The notes: generated by a model from the letters alone, not told the origin. A stretch of DNA of 64,000 bases from Bdellovibrio sp. (GCA_036676395.1 JAKFCY010000002.1:960001-1024000), one strand, 5' to 3'; counted from the stretch's first letter, positions 29,863 through 39,754 are shown. Numbers and translations are program-made.

Positions 29863-31416
29863 ATGAAGTTAGCAGCAATTTTCTTAACATTATTTATGCC
29901 GATGGCAGTTTTGGCTGAAGCACCAAAGCTTCCGTTTGTCTTTCTTAACCAATATTTTGAGTATGATGTGTCTGAAGGTAAGATCTTTAGCATCGGTGGT
30001 CATAAGATTGATTGGAATGATGATTTTGCCCAAATCGTGGACGGAAAATTAGTTATTAAAAAACAAGAGATCCTTTTGGCGGGTCTTTGGACGATCAATT
30101 TAAAAAATGCAAAGAACAAAGTGGTTTATACAGTTAAACAAACTGATTTAAATGCTTTAAGAACATTCGTTTTGCCAGCCAGTGCAACAGCTGCGATTAT
30201 GGCTATGCCAGAGCAGCCAGGATCAGCAGATGCCAGTGGTACGGCTGAAGTTGCGGCAATGCCAACAATTGCTCCAGGTACTACGGTGTGCTTGTCATCA
30301 CGTAATTTAATTACCCAGTACTTAATGTGCAAAAGTTTAGCTCTGGTGCCTCAGGCAGAGAGTGAAACGCAATACCCTGAAGTCGCTATCAGTAAGAAAA
30401 AAGCTAACAAATTTGGCCGGGTCATTTTAAATCAGCCAAAGAAAAGTATTCTATTCGACGTTAAAGTAAACCAAGTTGAATCGATTAAGCTGACAACACG
30501 TAAACGACTTATTATTCCGTCTACAGTAAAGAAAAATGTGGCTCGTAAAGATTACCAAATTAAATTTGTTGATATGGAATGGGATAACTATTCTTGGGAA
30601 ACAAATGTGGGTTATGATCAAGAGGCATTTCGTGTTCCTAATGACAATCTAGTTACGGTATATCAAGATTATTTTAATAAAGATCATTCAAATAAAGAAT
30701 TAGACCTTGTGTATTATGTGCCACCATATAAGCGCATGAAAATTATGAATATGTATTCATTTTCGCCGTTTTTCGGGTTCTCAAGATTTGCCGGAAACAC
30801 GCGTACGAAAAATGTATCAATCTTATCTGAATACGATATCAGTCTGCGCACTTACATTATGATGCAAATGCCGAAAGAGCAAAAATGGAAATGGTTTACG
30901 CAATACTTTCATTTTTGGACGGCTTCTGCGAATTTTCGTTCGATTAAATATGTATCTGAAGCCAGTAGTGTAACCATTGCTAATCCAAGTGGATTTTTAT
31001 ACAACTTTTCTGGTTCAGTGAATCGCGCCTATAGTGACCGTATTAGTTACGCGTTTCGTGCGGCCATAGAAAAGAATACGGCCATTGATTATCAATCGGC
31101 GGTGTCGTCGCAGGTCAACATGAGTTCAGTTTTAAATAAAGAGATCGGCTTGCAGGGAAGTCTTAACCTATATGATAAAGGCCGCTTTGTAAGCTTTTTG
31201 CATGCGGGCTATTCAATGCTGTTGCCGACTGATATTTCAGGAAGCACATCAAAAATTGGCTCACGTACTTATTTTCGTACAGATTTACACTATGCAGACG
31301 GTAATAAACTTTTTGGCGTAGGGTTTCACTATAATTTACGTGATCAACAGACAGCGCTACAAAAGTTAAAAGATCAGTCGTTTGACTATACAGCCAGTTA
31401 CTCAGTCGCGTTTTAA
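29863..31416 (+). CDS. Exported protein with C-terminal outer-membrane beta-barrel-like domain
   Basis: Signal peptide, alternating aromatic strands in the C-terminal half, terminal YTASYSVAF resembling a BAM beta-signal. Confidence 0.6.
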   Translation: MKLAAIFLTLFMPMAVLAEAPKLPFVFLNQYFEYDVSEGKIFSIGGHKIDWNDDFAQIVDGKLVIKKQEILLAGLWTINLKNAKNKVVYTVKQTDLNALRTFVLPASATAAIMAMPEQPGSADASGTAEVAAMPTIAPGTTVCLSSRNLITQYLMCKSLALVPQAESETQYPEVAISKKKANKFGRVILNQPKKSILFDVKVNQVESIKLTTRKRLIIPSTVKKNVARKDYQIKFVDMEWDNYSWETNVGYDQEAFRVPNDNLVTVYQDYFNKDHSNKELDLVYYVPPYKRMKIMNMYSFSPFFGFSRFAGNTRTKNVSILSEYDISLRTYIMMQMPKEQKWKWFTQYFHFWTASANFRSIKYVSEASSVTIANPSGFLYNFSGSVNRAYSDRISYAFRAAIEKNTAIDYQSAVSSQVNMSSVLNKEIGLQGSLNLYDKGRFVSFLHAGYSMLLPTDISGSTSKIGSRTYFRTDLHYADGNKLFGVGFHYNLRDQQTALQKLKDQSFDYTASYSVAF

Positions 31417-32885
31417 AACCAGCCAAATAAACCTTTGCTGACCGGATAATTTTTAATATTCGGGTCAGCAGAAGTAGCGCGTTTTAGCGCCATTTCGGCC
31501 TGGCTATCTTGTTTTTTTGATTTTAACAACATGTAATTCACGTAGTGATAATCAGCTGTTGTCATGTCTTCAGGAAGAATATTTAAGAATTCTTTTTCTA
31601 ATGTACCAATTGAAATTTGAGTGCCTTTAAAAAGTGATAAACCTAAGTGAGCCCATGCCGAGTACATCTGTAAACAGCTTACGCTGGTCATAGAGTCTTT
31701 GTGTTTTTTAACAAGGGCCAAGGCTTCGCTATAACGTTGCGCTAACAGAAGAGATTTAATCGGCCTCACATCAACAGTTTTAGGCTGTGCGGGCTTTTTT
31801 TCGGGAGCTACTTCGTTAATGGCGTTTGAATTTTTAATAGTTCTGAAATTAATCAATAAATTAAGAACTCTTTTGTCGATTTCTAATTTAAACTCACTGG
31901 CCAGAGTCTCTGGGCCCAGAAAAGATTTTTGCAACTCTTCGTAAATAGCCTCGATATTATTTGCATCTTGTTTGGTAATCAGACTTAGTTGGTAAGCTAG
32001 GTCTAAACCAGTTTTGTTCATGATCAGTTTATAAATATGTTTGATTTTTAATTCATATGAATCTTCTTCAGTTGAAGGTTCAATCTGAATCCATTTTAAC
32101 AACATTAAAAAATGCAGAGCTTTAAAAAGATTTTTATTGTTTTCAAACAGTAAAGCTAAATCACTGATTTTTTGACCATCGATGATTTCTAAAAAATTTG
32201 AGTTGAATAAACTTAAAACTGAATATTTTTGAGAGTCAGCAGGTCGAAAATAACTAAAGTTTACCGTGACCACATAATTGTAATATTCAAGATAATGAGC
32301 ATTTAACCAGTCGTGCGAAAACTTACTTAAAATCCAGTCGTGCACTAATAAATGAAATTGTTCGATATTAAGTTCAGAAGATTTTATTTTCGTTTGTGAT
32401 TCTTTAATGCGAATCGAAAACTGCTCATCGCTGATAAGTTTCGAAAGACGGGTGCGGGATTGTGTTAATAACACCGAGCCGATTTGTTCTTTGTTGATGA
32501 TGCCACGTTGAACTAAATAGGCCCCGATTGGGACGCCGGTTTGTTCTTTAAGAGCTTGTTCAAGCTGCTGTTGGGTAATTAAACGGTGATTGACAAGCAG
32601 GGTACCGATACGTGTATCAGTGTCTGAAAGTTCAATGAATTGAATCTGACCTTCCTGAAAAACAACAGCGTTAATTTGTCCGGTTTTGGTTTCAAGTTCT
32701 ACGCGGCCGCTTAAACCGTATTTTTGAAACAGAATGATAATTGCGGTAATATCATAACCGTAACAAGATTTAAGTTTTTCAATATCGGCAAGAATTTTAG
32801 GGCCATTCGTATGCAAAGAGAAAAGGTTTTGGTAAAACCTTGCGCGGGTTGAATCTAAATCCATAGCTGTTCCAGTTGATGACAT
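31413..32885 (-). CDS. DUF4388/PATAN-like protein with MshEN-like motifs and C-terminal TPR
   Basis: SGRVEL...VVFQEGQI, RIGTLLVNHRLITQQQLEQALKEQ, PIGAYLVQRGIINKEQIGSVLLTQ, terminal ALKRATSADP. Confidence 0.65.
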   Translation of the reverse strand: MSSTGTAMDLDSTRARFYQNLFSLHTNGPKILADIEKLKSCYGYDITAIIILFQKYGLSGRVELETKTGQINAVVFQEGQIQFIELSDTDTRIGTLLVNHRLITQQQLEQALKEQTGVPIGAYLVQRGIINKEQIGSVLLTQSRTRLSKLISDEQFSIRIKESQTKIKSSELNIEQFHLLVHDWILSKFSHDWLNAHYLEYYNYVVTVNFSYFRPADSQKYSVLSLFNSNFLEIIDGQKISDLALLFENNKNLFKALHFLMLLKWIQIEPSTEEDSYELKIKHIYKLIMNKTGLDLAYQLSLITKQDANNIEAIYEELQKSFLGPETLASEFKLEIDKRVLNLLINFRTIKNSNAINEVAPEKKPAQPKTVDVRPIKSLLLAQRYSEALALVKKHKDSMTSVSCLQMYSAWAHLGLSLFKGTQISIGTLEKEFLNILPEDMTTADYHYVNYMLLKSKKQDSQAEMALKRATSADPNIKNYPVSKGLFGWF

Positions 32886-32978
32886 TGCTATGACAATTTT
32901 AGTCTAATTTCACTCTGCGAGAAAGCATTACGATTGCGGTTAGCCTAAAGACCAGTTGATTGTACTTAATTGACCCAC

Positions 32979-32998
32979 TTGTAGCTTGCAAGCTACAA
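32979..32998. promoter_or_regulatory. Perfect 20-bp palindrome, putative operator
   Basis: TTGTAGCTTG|CAAGCTACAA between a TTGACC -35 box (32970) and the ATG at 33006. Confidence 0.75.
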
Positions 32999-33005
32999 AT
33001 TAACT

Positions 33006-33302
33006 ATGTCAAAAGCGCAAATGTACAAACAAGCTATCATCAAAGAGACTTTAAAACGTAATCCTCATTCTGAGATCGTCTACTTGCAAAGTGCCATCGA
33101 TGAGTCACAAAACGCCGATGAAATTCTATTAGCGATGCGAACCGTAGCCTCGGCTCGTGGTTTTAAAAAATTTGCTGAAGAAGCTGATTTGAACCGCGAA
33201 AATCTTTATCGCGTGCTTTCTGAGAACGGCAATCCAAGATTAGATACTTTTTTAAAATTAATTGATCTTATGGGTTTTAAATTAAGTCTTAAACCGAAGT
33301 AG
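33006..33302 (+). CDS. Addiction-module antidote-type HTH protein (HI1420 family)
   Basis: YL..A......LLAMRTVA.ARG....AEEADLNRENLYRVLSENGNPRLDT. Confidence 0.85.
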   Translation: MSKAQMYKQAIIKETLKRNPHSEIVYLQSAIDESQNADEILLAMRTVASARGFKKFAEEADLNRENLYRVLSENGNPRLDTFLKLIDLMGFKLSLKPK

Positions 33303-33410
33303 CTTTAAAACTACAGTCAAAACTACATTAAACGCCACATCAAAACGGGCAATGCGCCTCATTTATATTCCGCACGATTTTTGCTGATTTTATCTTGTTG
33401 GAGGTCATAT

Positions 33411-33830
33411 ATGAATGCAAAAAATTTCGCCCTTGTGGGTGGTATTGTAATGTTAGTGCTAGGAGCGTTATCTTTGATTCCGGCATTTACAGGATTATCG
33501 TTTGGTTTGCCGATATTAAAAGTAGAAACAAGTTATGGTCTGTTTTTAGGAATTTTTCCGTTAAATATTATCAATAAGGCTATTTTAATTGGATTCGGCT
33601 TATGGGGAATCGCCGCAGCTAGCGATCCAGCTCTTAGTGTTCCACGCTCAATCACATTTTCACGTGCGGTGTTTGTGTTATCTGCGGTTTTTGCGGTGTT
33701 AGGTTTGTTTCCGCAAACCAATACGTTATTTGGCTTTGTTCCATTATTTGGAGCAGGAATCTGGTTACATTCTGTGATGGCCTTATTAGGTGGAATTTTC
33801 GGGTATAGCGTGGTGAGACGCACGGTTTAA
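33411..33830 (+). CDS. DUF4383-type four-TM membrane protein
   Basis: GGAGG RBS, LFLGIFPLN, FGFVPLFG...WLH. Confidence 0.7.
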   Translation: MNAKNFALVGGIVMLVLGALSLIPAFTGLSFGLPILKVETSYGLFLGIFPLNIINKAILIGFGLWGIAAASDPALSVPRSITFSRAVFVLSAVFAVLGLFPQTNTLFGFVPLFGAGIWLHSVMALLGGIFGYSVVRRTV

Positions 33831-33834
33831 GCTT

Positions 33835-34977
33835 GTGACGTTGCAAACATGGAGTGACGTAAAATTTTATTTTACTGGTGATGGGTACTTTCAATCTATC
33901 TTAGAAAGAATTCGAGCCTCCGTTCGTGAAGTTCGCATAGAAATGTATATGTTTAATTTTGACGAGCTCGGTAAAGCCGTCTTAGAAACTTTAAAACAGG
34001 CTAGGCTTCGCGGTGTTGAAGTTTATTTGCTTGTCGATGGCATTGGATCGATTGGCCATTTAGCCGATCTGGATGATTATTGTCGCCAGAATAAAATTCA
34101 TTTTAAAATTTATCACCCGTTGCCAATACGCCTACATTTTTTACAACGGTTTTCACTTAAAGCGCTTACCTGGAAAAACATTCGCTGGTTTTTTATCATG
34201 TTTCGTAAAATGAATAATCGCGACCACAGAAAAGTTTTTTTAATCGATCAAAAAATCGCTTTTGTCGGCAGTCAGAATATTAGTAAAGTTCACAGTGAAA
34301 CCTTAACGCCCCATGGAAAAGCCTGGCGTGATACCGGCGTTGAAGTGCAAGGTGCGCCTGTAGATCAGCTTGTCAGTACCAGTGAATTTTCTTGGAATAA
34401 GGCCAAGCATGGTCTTTCGTATTCATGGCGATTTCATGAACATGTTTTGCGGTTAAGTTCGCGCCGTAAACATCGGCTGTCGCGCGTGCGCGAAATGATA
34501 AAGTCATTTAATGAAGCCCAGCAAAGAATCTGGATCACGACCGCTTATTTTTTACCTAATCGTAAAACTGTAAAGTCTTTAGGAAATGCCGCCCACCGAG
34601 GCGTTGATGTGGTATTATGTTTGCCGGCAAAAAGTGATATCCCATTCATGAAATGGACATCAAAGCTTTTGTATGACCGCTTATTAAAAGCCGGCGTTAA
34701 AATTTATGAATATCAAGATCGGGTTTTGCATGCAAAATCTTTGATCGTCGATAATTGGGGAACGGTGGGCACGTATAATTTTAATCATCGCAGTCTTATT
34801 CATGATTTAGAAGTTGAAGTTGTGATCGACCAGCCACAGTGGATCGAAAAGCTTGAGCGCCAGTGGCAGCTAGATCTTAAAAAATCAAAATTAATTGAAC
34901 CCAATGGCAAAGGGTATTCAAATATTTTTTTACGGGGCATCGCGAACATTTTTTACTGGTTTAGGTATTGGTTATGA
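33835..34977 (+). CDS. clsB: Cardiolipin synthase B-like phospholipase D
   Basis: Two HKD motifs (DHRKVFLID, LHAKSLIVD), WRDT, TAYF, no N-terminal TM. Confidence 0.85.
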   Translation: MTLQTWSDVKFYFTGDGYFQSILERIRASVREVRIEMYMFNFDELGKAVLETLKQARLRGVEVYLLVDGIGSIGHLADLDDYCRQNKIHFKIYHPLPIRLHFLQRFSLKALTWKNIRWFFIMFRKMNNRDHRKVFLIDQKIAFVGSQNISKVHSETLTPHGKAWRDTGVEVQGAPVDQLVSTSEFSWNKAKHGLSYSWRFHEHVLRLSSRRKHRLSRVREMIKSFNEAQQRIWITTAYFLPNRKTVKSLGNAAHRGVDVVLCLPAKSDIPFMKWTSKLLYDRLLKAGVKIYEYQDRVLHAKSLIVDNWGTVGTYNFNHRSLIHDLEVEVVIDQPQWIEKLERQWQLDLKKSKLIEPNGKGYSNIFLRGIANIFYWFRYWL

Positions 34978-35711
34978 AAATAAAAGTAATGACATATAAT
35001 ATTCATAAAGGTTTTTCGACGGGTGGGGTAAAATATATTTTGCGCACCATTAAAGAAGCCTTAAGCACAACAGCGGCAGATATCGTTTTATTGCAAGAAG
35101 TGGTCGGTGAGCACCGCAAAAGTGAAGAAAAAGATTGGCCCACAGAAAGTCAGTTTGAATATTTGGCTGATCAACTATGGTCACACTATTCGTATGCCAA
35201 AAATGCAATTTTTTCGCAATTTCATTACGGCAATGCCATCTTAAGCCGGTTTCCGATTGTTCAAGAAAAGCACACCGTAATGTCGACCAATCGTTTTGAA
35301 CAACGTGGGTTATTGCACTGTGAAGTTGAAATACCGGATTCAAAACAAAAGATTCATTTGTATAATGTGCATTTAGATTTGTTACGCCGTGGGCGTAGAA
35401 TTCAATACAAAAAAATCGTTTCTCAGATTCATCTAGATGTGAATGAAAAGGAACGATTTATATTAGCCGGTGATTTTAATGATTGGACCGGAGAATTAAA
35501 CCAGATGTTTATTGAAGAGTTGGGTTTAGAAGAGGCACACACCAAGTTTCATAATCGTCCGGCTAAGTCGTTTCCGAGTTTTTTTCCGATGTTAACTCTA
35601 GACCGCATGTATTCGCGCAATATGGATATTTTAAACTGCAAGGCGCTGATCGGAAAACCTTGGGCAAAGTTATCCGATCATATCCCCTTATTAGTTGAGT
35701 ATGCTTTGTAA
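34974..35711 (+). CDS. Endonuclease/exonuclease/phosphatase family protein, YbhP-like
   Basis: TYNIHKG, LQEV, GNAILS, AGDFNDW, LDR, LSDHIP. ATGA-coupled to clsB; the ybhP/clsB linkage is also known in E. coli. Confidence 0.9.
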   Translation: MKIKVMTYNIHKGFSTGGVKYILRTIKEALSTTAADIVLLQEVVGEHRKSEEKDWPTESQFEYLADQLWSHYSYAKNAIFSQFHYGNAILSRFPIVQEKHTVMSTNRFEQRGLLHCEVEIPDSKQKIHLYNVHLDLLRRGRRIQYKKIVSQIHLDVNEKERFILAGDFNDWTGELNQMFIEELGLEEAHTKFHNRPAKSFPSFFPMLTLDRMYSRNMDILNCKALIGKPWAKLSDHIPLLVEYAL

Positions 35712-38417
35712 GTAAGTCTCAAGCTCTTGAATTTTGTCGCCGCGGTCGTATTTATCGCGCACATCGATTTTACGCAAATCGTATTCAGGCGACTCAGGAA
35801 ATAACGGCGTCGATGTCGCCTTTAAATCTTTAATTAACGTTTCTGGGCTGAACTCAGGGTGTGTGTAAATATCAGTCGTTGCTAATTTCAGGTTCTGTGC
35901 TTTTTTAAGAACTAAATCACCAATCACGCCGGCAACTGCAGGTGTTGCCATTGATGTTCCGCTGAATTTTTCGCGGTGATCAGAGAACTTCATCGCTAAA
36001 TGCATTTTTAACGCAGAAACAGACGCTACGACTTGGCCAAAGCCAGCGCTCAAGTAAGCGCCGATTCTAGATTCTGCTTTATCGTTACCTTTAAGTGCTG
36101 CAAAGATGTCTAATTCAGCAAGTTTAGGAACCATGCGCGAATCAGAAGTTCCAACGGGCGGAGACAATGCCGGAATTTTTTTATTCACAACACTGATGAC
36201 CGGAGAAAGATCGGTGCTCTTAATCGGAGATAATACGTCTTCGCCCACGGCAAAGATGATATTTGTTTTTAAGCCTAATAATACATTTGTAAAGTCTGAT
36301 AAATCTTCATCAGGGCTTAAACTGCCAACACCTAGAATATTCACTAAGTGATTATTCGGGGCAATGAAATCAGCATTATCTTCAAATGGTTTTAAAAAAC
36401 GAGACGATAAATCTACAGGTAAGGCGCTGTGCGTTTTGCCGTCGATCCATGTGCTTGAGTTACCTGCAGCAACCACGAATAAAGTGTCTTTAGCTTTAGT
36501 AGAGATAATTTCGCCTAAGTGAAATTTTACGAATTCATAGTTTAAGAATGTAAAAACCGTACGTAAATCAATTTCAGGATCTAAATCTTTAAACTGCGGA
36601 ATGCGGTTATTCACTTCAGTGCCTAAAGAAATACTGGCCACTTTAATTTTTTTCTCGGCCACGTGTAAGAATGATTCTTCTAATTCTTTAAAGAATAAAA
36701 AATCTAAAGGATTTTCTTCAAAAGCGACATCCATACCCACTTTTAATTTAGCCATTAAAAGCTCTGCAAAGGCTTCGCGTTCGCTTTTAGTTTGTGGCTC
36801 AGCATTTGGGCCAACCGGATTAATAACTACCAGCTTTGGTAATTTACGGTAAATCGCGCGCGCAACGACAGGTTTTGCTAACCAAGCTTTAAACTCAGTG
36901 CTGAATTTATCTAAAAGTTGTACTTTTTCTTGTTTTGTCACTAACGCTGAACGTGTTGTGATACGGATTGGGTAAATGCGGATGTTTGCATTTTGTTTGG
37001 CAACGATACCCGAGGTGTGCGTGCCGTGGCTTTCATCCTGAGAAAAGTCTGAAATATACGGGTGCATAGATCTAAAGAAATGTTTACGGTAAAGACTTGA
37101 GTGGTCTGATTTAAAATCAACGTCAAATAAACGGTGAAGTTCAGGTCTGCGTAACTCAGCAAATGCGCGCGCTGCTTTTAAATAGGTAGCCAGATTTCTG
37201 TTATAAGTTTTGAAATTTAATTGCTCAACGGCTGTTTTTTCAATTGAGGTTACTGCATCGCCGTAAATTTTAATTTTAGCGATACCTGAATTTAAAGATT
37301 CGAAATAGCTGTTTTGATTTAAAGTTAATACCGGGTAATCAGTAGGGCTGCGTAATAGATCTAAATTAGCCAATTGTTCATATTCAGTTTGGCTTTTTAA
37401 ACCCATAATCGGATCAGCAACGATGCTGCCACGTTTATGGTATTCAACGGCATTTGATAGAAAACCACAGGCGCCAGCCACTTCGTCTTCGCGAACTGTG
37501 TTTAGGGCGTGATCGCGGCCTAATCTGAAATCGACAACTTTTTCAATCCCTGCTTTTAATTCGGCAAGACGTGAAAACTCGTTCATCGTGTCTTTAATCA
37601 GGTTAAACATTAAATCGCCGTGCTCTACCGAGTTTAATGAAAAGAAAATATCAGCAACGCCGCTGCCTGAAGAGAACGTCCAAGCTGCTTTATCAAAGTA
37701 GTAATAAGCTTCATTTAGGCTGCGCTCTTGTAAAGCCGTGCTAGAAACCACTGCTTCACGAAAATTAATGCTTAATAATTTTCCGGCGTCTAAATTTTCT
37801 TTGTAAGTTGCAGGGTCGAAATAACCTTTGGCCATTTTTTCGCTGATAATAAATTTGTATAAACCAAATACGTTAAATGATTTATCGCTGATTTTAGCAA
37901 ATAGTGACTGACTCAAAATCGGGTCAGCTTTAAGCTTTTGCATGAAAAGTTTAGAAAAATCCGCATCTAACGATAACATTTTTTTAAATACGTTTTCATT
38001 GCCGTGGACGATTAAGCCATTTTTAATTTCAATCGCAGTAAAGGCGAAAAGTTCGGGGTTAATTAAAACAGCTGACGGGAAACGATCATCACCCATAAAG
38101 TCATGGCCCACGCCTGTGATTTTACCGTTTTCAACTTGGTAAGAGTATTTTTCGATTAAATCAGGATGAGCTAAATCCATACCGTTATCGATAACAGCGA
38201 TATCTAAATTTGCGCCGCGATCTTCAGTTTGAACACGTGCTGCGATTTCGCTTTGGTAACTATTAAGTTCATTCGTCTGATTGGCTAATTTTAAAAGTTC
38301 TTGCGGTAATGCCTGATTGTCGAAAGATTCGCGCGCTTTTTGCGTTTCGACCGAACAGCCACTGACTAACAGTAAACTTAAAATTAAACTAACGCTAAAA
38401 AGTAGAAATTTAGACAT
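35691..38417 (-). CDS. S8 subtilase lipoprotein with large insertion
   Basis: Lipobox VSGC, IAVIDNG, HGTHTSG, VAAGN, SGTSMATP. Confidence 0.9.
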   Translation of the reverse strand: MSKFLLFSVSLILSLLLVSGCSVETQKARESFDNQALPQELLKLANQTNELNSYQSEIAARVQTEDRGANLDIAVIDNGMDLAHPDLIEKYSYQVENGKITGVGHDFMGDDRFPSAVLINPELFAFTAIEIKNGLIVHGNENVFKKMLSLDADFSKLFMQKLKADPILSQSLFAKISDKSFNVFGLYKFIISEKMAKGYFDPATYKENLDAGKLLSINFREAVVSSTALQERSLNEAYYYFDKAAWTFSSGSGVADIFFSLNSVEHGDLMFNLIKDTMNEFSRLAELKAGIEKVVDFRLGRDHALNTVREDEVAGACGFLSNAVEYHKRGSIVADPIMGLKSQTEYEQLANLDLLRSPTDYPVLTLNQNSYFESLNSGIAKIKIYGDAVTSIEKTAVEQLNFKTYNRNLATYLKAARAFAELRRPELHRLFDVDFKSDHSSLYRKHFFRSMHPYISDFSQDESHGTHTSGIVAKQNANIRIYPIRITTRSALVTKQEKVQLLDKFSTEFKAWLAKPVVARAIYRKLPKLVVINPVGPNAEPQTKSEREAFAELLMAKLKVGMDVAFEENPLDFLFFKELEESFLHVAEKKIKVASISLGTEVNNRIPQFKDLDPEIDLRTVFTFLNYEFVKFHLGEIISTKAKDTLFVVAAGNSSTWIDGKTHSALPVDLSSRFLKPFEDNADFIAPNNHLVNILGVGSLSPDEDLSDFTNVLLGLKTNIIFAVGEDVLSPIKSTDLSPVISVVNKKIPALSPPVGTSDSRMVPKLAELDIFAALKGNDKAESRIGAYLSAGFGQVVASVSALKMHLAMKFSDHREKFSGTSMATPAVAGVIGDLVLKKAQNLKLATTDIYTHPEFSPETLIKDLKATSTPLFPESPEYDLRKIDVRDKYDRGDKIQELETYLQSILN

Positions 38418-38533
38418 CGGGCCCCACCTTTGTTTGTTGATGCTTTGAATGCGATCACAACTAGCAGGCGGGGGTGGGCGAGTCAGTAAAATTTTGTTTT
38501 GCCGGCTTTATTCAGCAACATTTTCGTGCTTAG

Positions 38534-39754
38534 TTATAAAGCAATTATTCCTAGAGAGGTTTTGCGATCGATAATCTCTAATTTGCCTGCAGAATCGGTT
38601 GATACACCAAAGTCATTGTCATTAATAATGGCTAAGGTTTTATCATCTATTATCGTCAGGCCTTCGATTTTTTCAAATTCATGATAGCCACCTAGAACTA
38701 AATCCGCAGCTAAAGTTTTTTGCACGGGCGTTACCTTTGCTAAAAGTTCTTTCGCTGGGTAAGTCTCTGGATCACGTGTCAAACGCGATTTGACAAGATT
38801 TGTGGCCTTCGTTAAATCAACTTTGTAAACCACATGAACACTGTCTTTGCCGGTATCGCCGTTTTGTTCGATCACATAAAAATGCGTCTCATCGATCATC
38901 ACTAGATCGCCGATTTTATCTACTTTTTTCTGTGTCAGCGGGTAGAGATATTCGCCTTCATACATTCTGGTTTTTGTATTGAACACGCCAATTCGAATCA
39001 CAGAAAATTCTTTATCTTTATGGGCCTCGCTGACACCTAGAGGGCTTTGCGACATAAAAAATATTTTATCATTTTTGTGTCCGATGGCTTCAAAACCGCG
39101 ATTGAATTTACGAAAACTAAAGGCATGGGGAATTTCATTTTTCTTTAACATAGCTTTGGCATCAGCGGCCGGGATAACACGTGCAAGAAGCTTTCCTTTT
39201 TCATTAAATTCTAAAATGGACGGCAGGTATTCATCACCTACCCAAAAGTGCTTGTTATTGTCGATAGTCATTGATTCAGAATCAACGCCATTGTTATCAG
39301 TTTCGATGTTTGCGCCATCTGTGTTCGTTGCTTGCTCCATTTTAGCCAATGAATCTTTTGGCGGAAGGCCAGTCATCGGTTTATTTTGCAGATCTTTAAA
39401 TGCGATAGTTTTTACGACGATAACTTTGTTTTCAGCTTTGATGAATTTCAATTGCACAAAGCTAGGGGTAAAGTTTGGGCTTATAAACGGACGATGTCTT
39501 TTTTTGTTTTTCTTGAATTCGGCGCCATTGGGGCCACGATCTGTCAGTGTCCAAAATAGCAGATCGCCATTAGCTTCTTTTTTAAGAAAATGCAGCCCTG
39601 AGAAGCCGCCCCATTTAAAATTAAAATCTTCAATGGTTTTTAGGGTGACTTCGATTTGTGTGATTGGCGGTGCTGTAGGGGTTGTTACAGGGGGGCTGGT
39701 AGGAGCTGCTTGGCAGGCTAATACAAATAAGGGCAAAATAATTAAAAATTTCAT
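38534..39754 (-). CDS. Esterase-like activity of phytase family lipoprotein
   Basis: Lipobox VLAC, GGFSGL, LTDRGPN, DSES, DEYLP, NRGFEA, EKIEGL, INDNDFG. Confidence 0.88.
   Translation of the reverse strand: MKFLIILPLFVLACQAAPTSPPVTTPTAPPITQIEVTLKTIEDFNFKWGGFSGLHFLKKEANGDLLFWTLTDRGPNGAEFKKNKKRHRPFISPNFTPSFVQLKFIKAENKVIVVKTIAFKDLQNKPMTGLPPKDSLAKMEQATNTDGANIETDNNGVDSESMTIDNNKHFWVGDEYLPSILEFNEKGKLLARVIPAADAKAMLKKNEIPHAFSFRKFNRGFEAIGHKNDKIFFMSQSPLGVSEAHKDKEFSVIRIGVFNTKTRMYEGEYLYPLTQKKVDKIGDLVMIDETHFYVIEQNGDTGKDSVHVVYKVDLTKATNLVKSRLTRDPETYPAKELLAKVTPVQKTLAADLVLGGYHEFEKIEGLTIIDDKTLAIINDNDFGVSTDSAGKLEIIDRKTSLGIIAL

Noticed and set aside
33369..33385. Sigma54-like TCCGCACGATTTTTGCT upstream of the DUF4383 gene
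   Set aside because: The invariant GG at -24 is replaced by CG, so it was not called.
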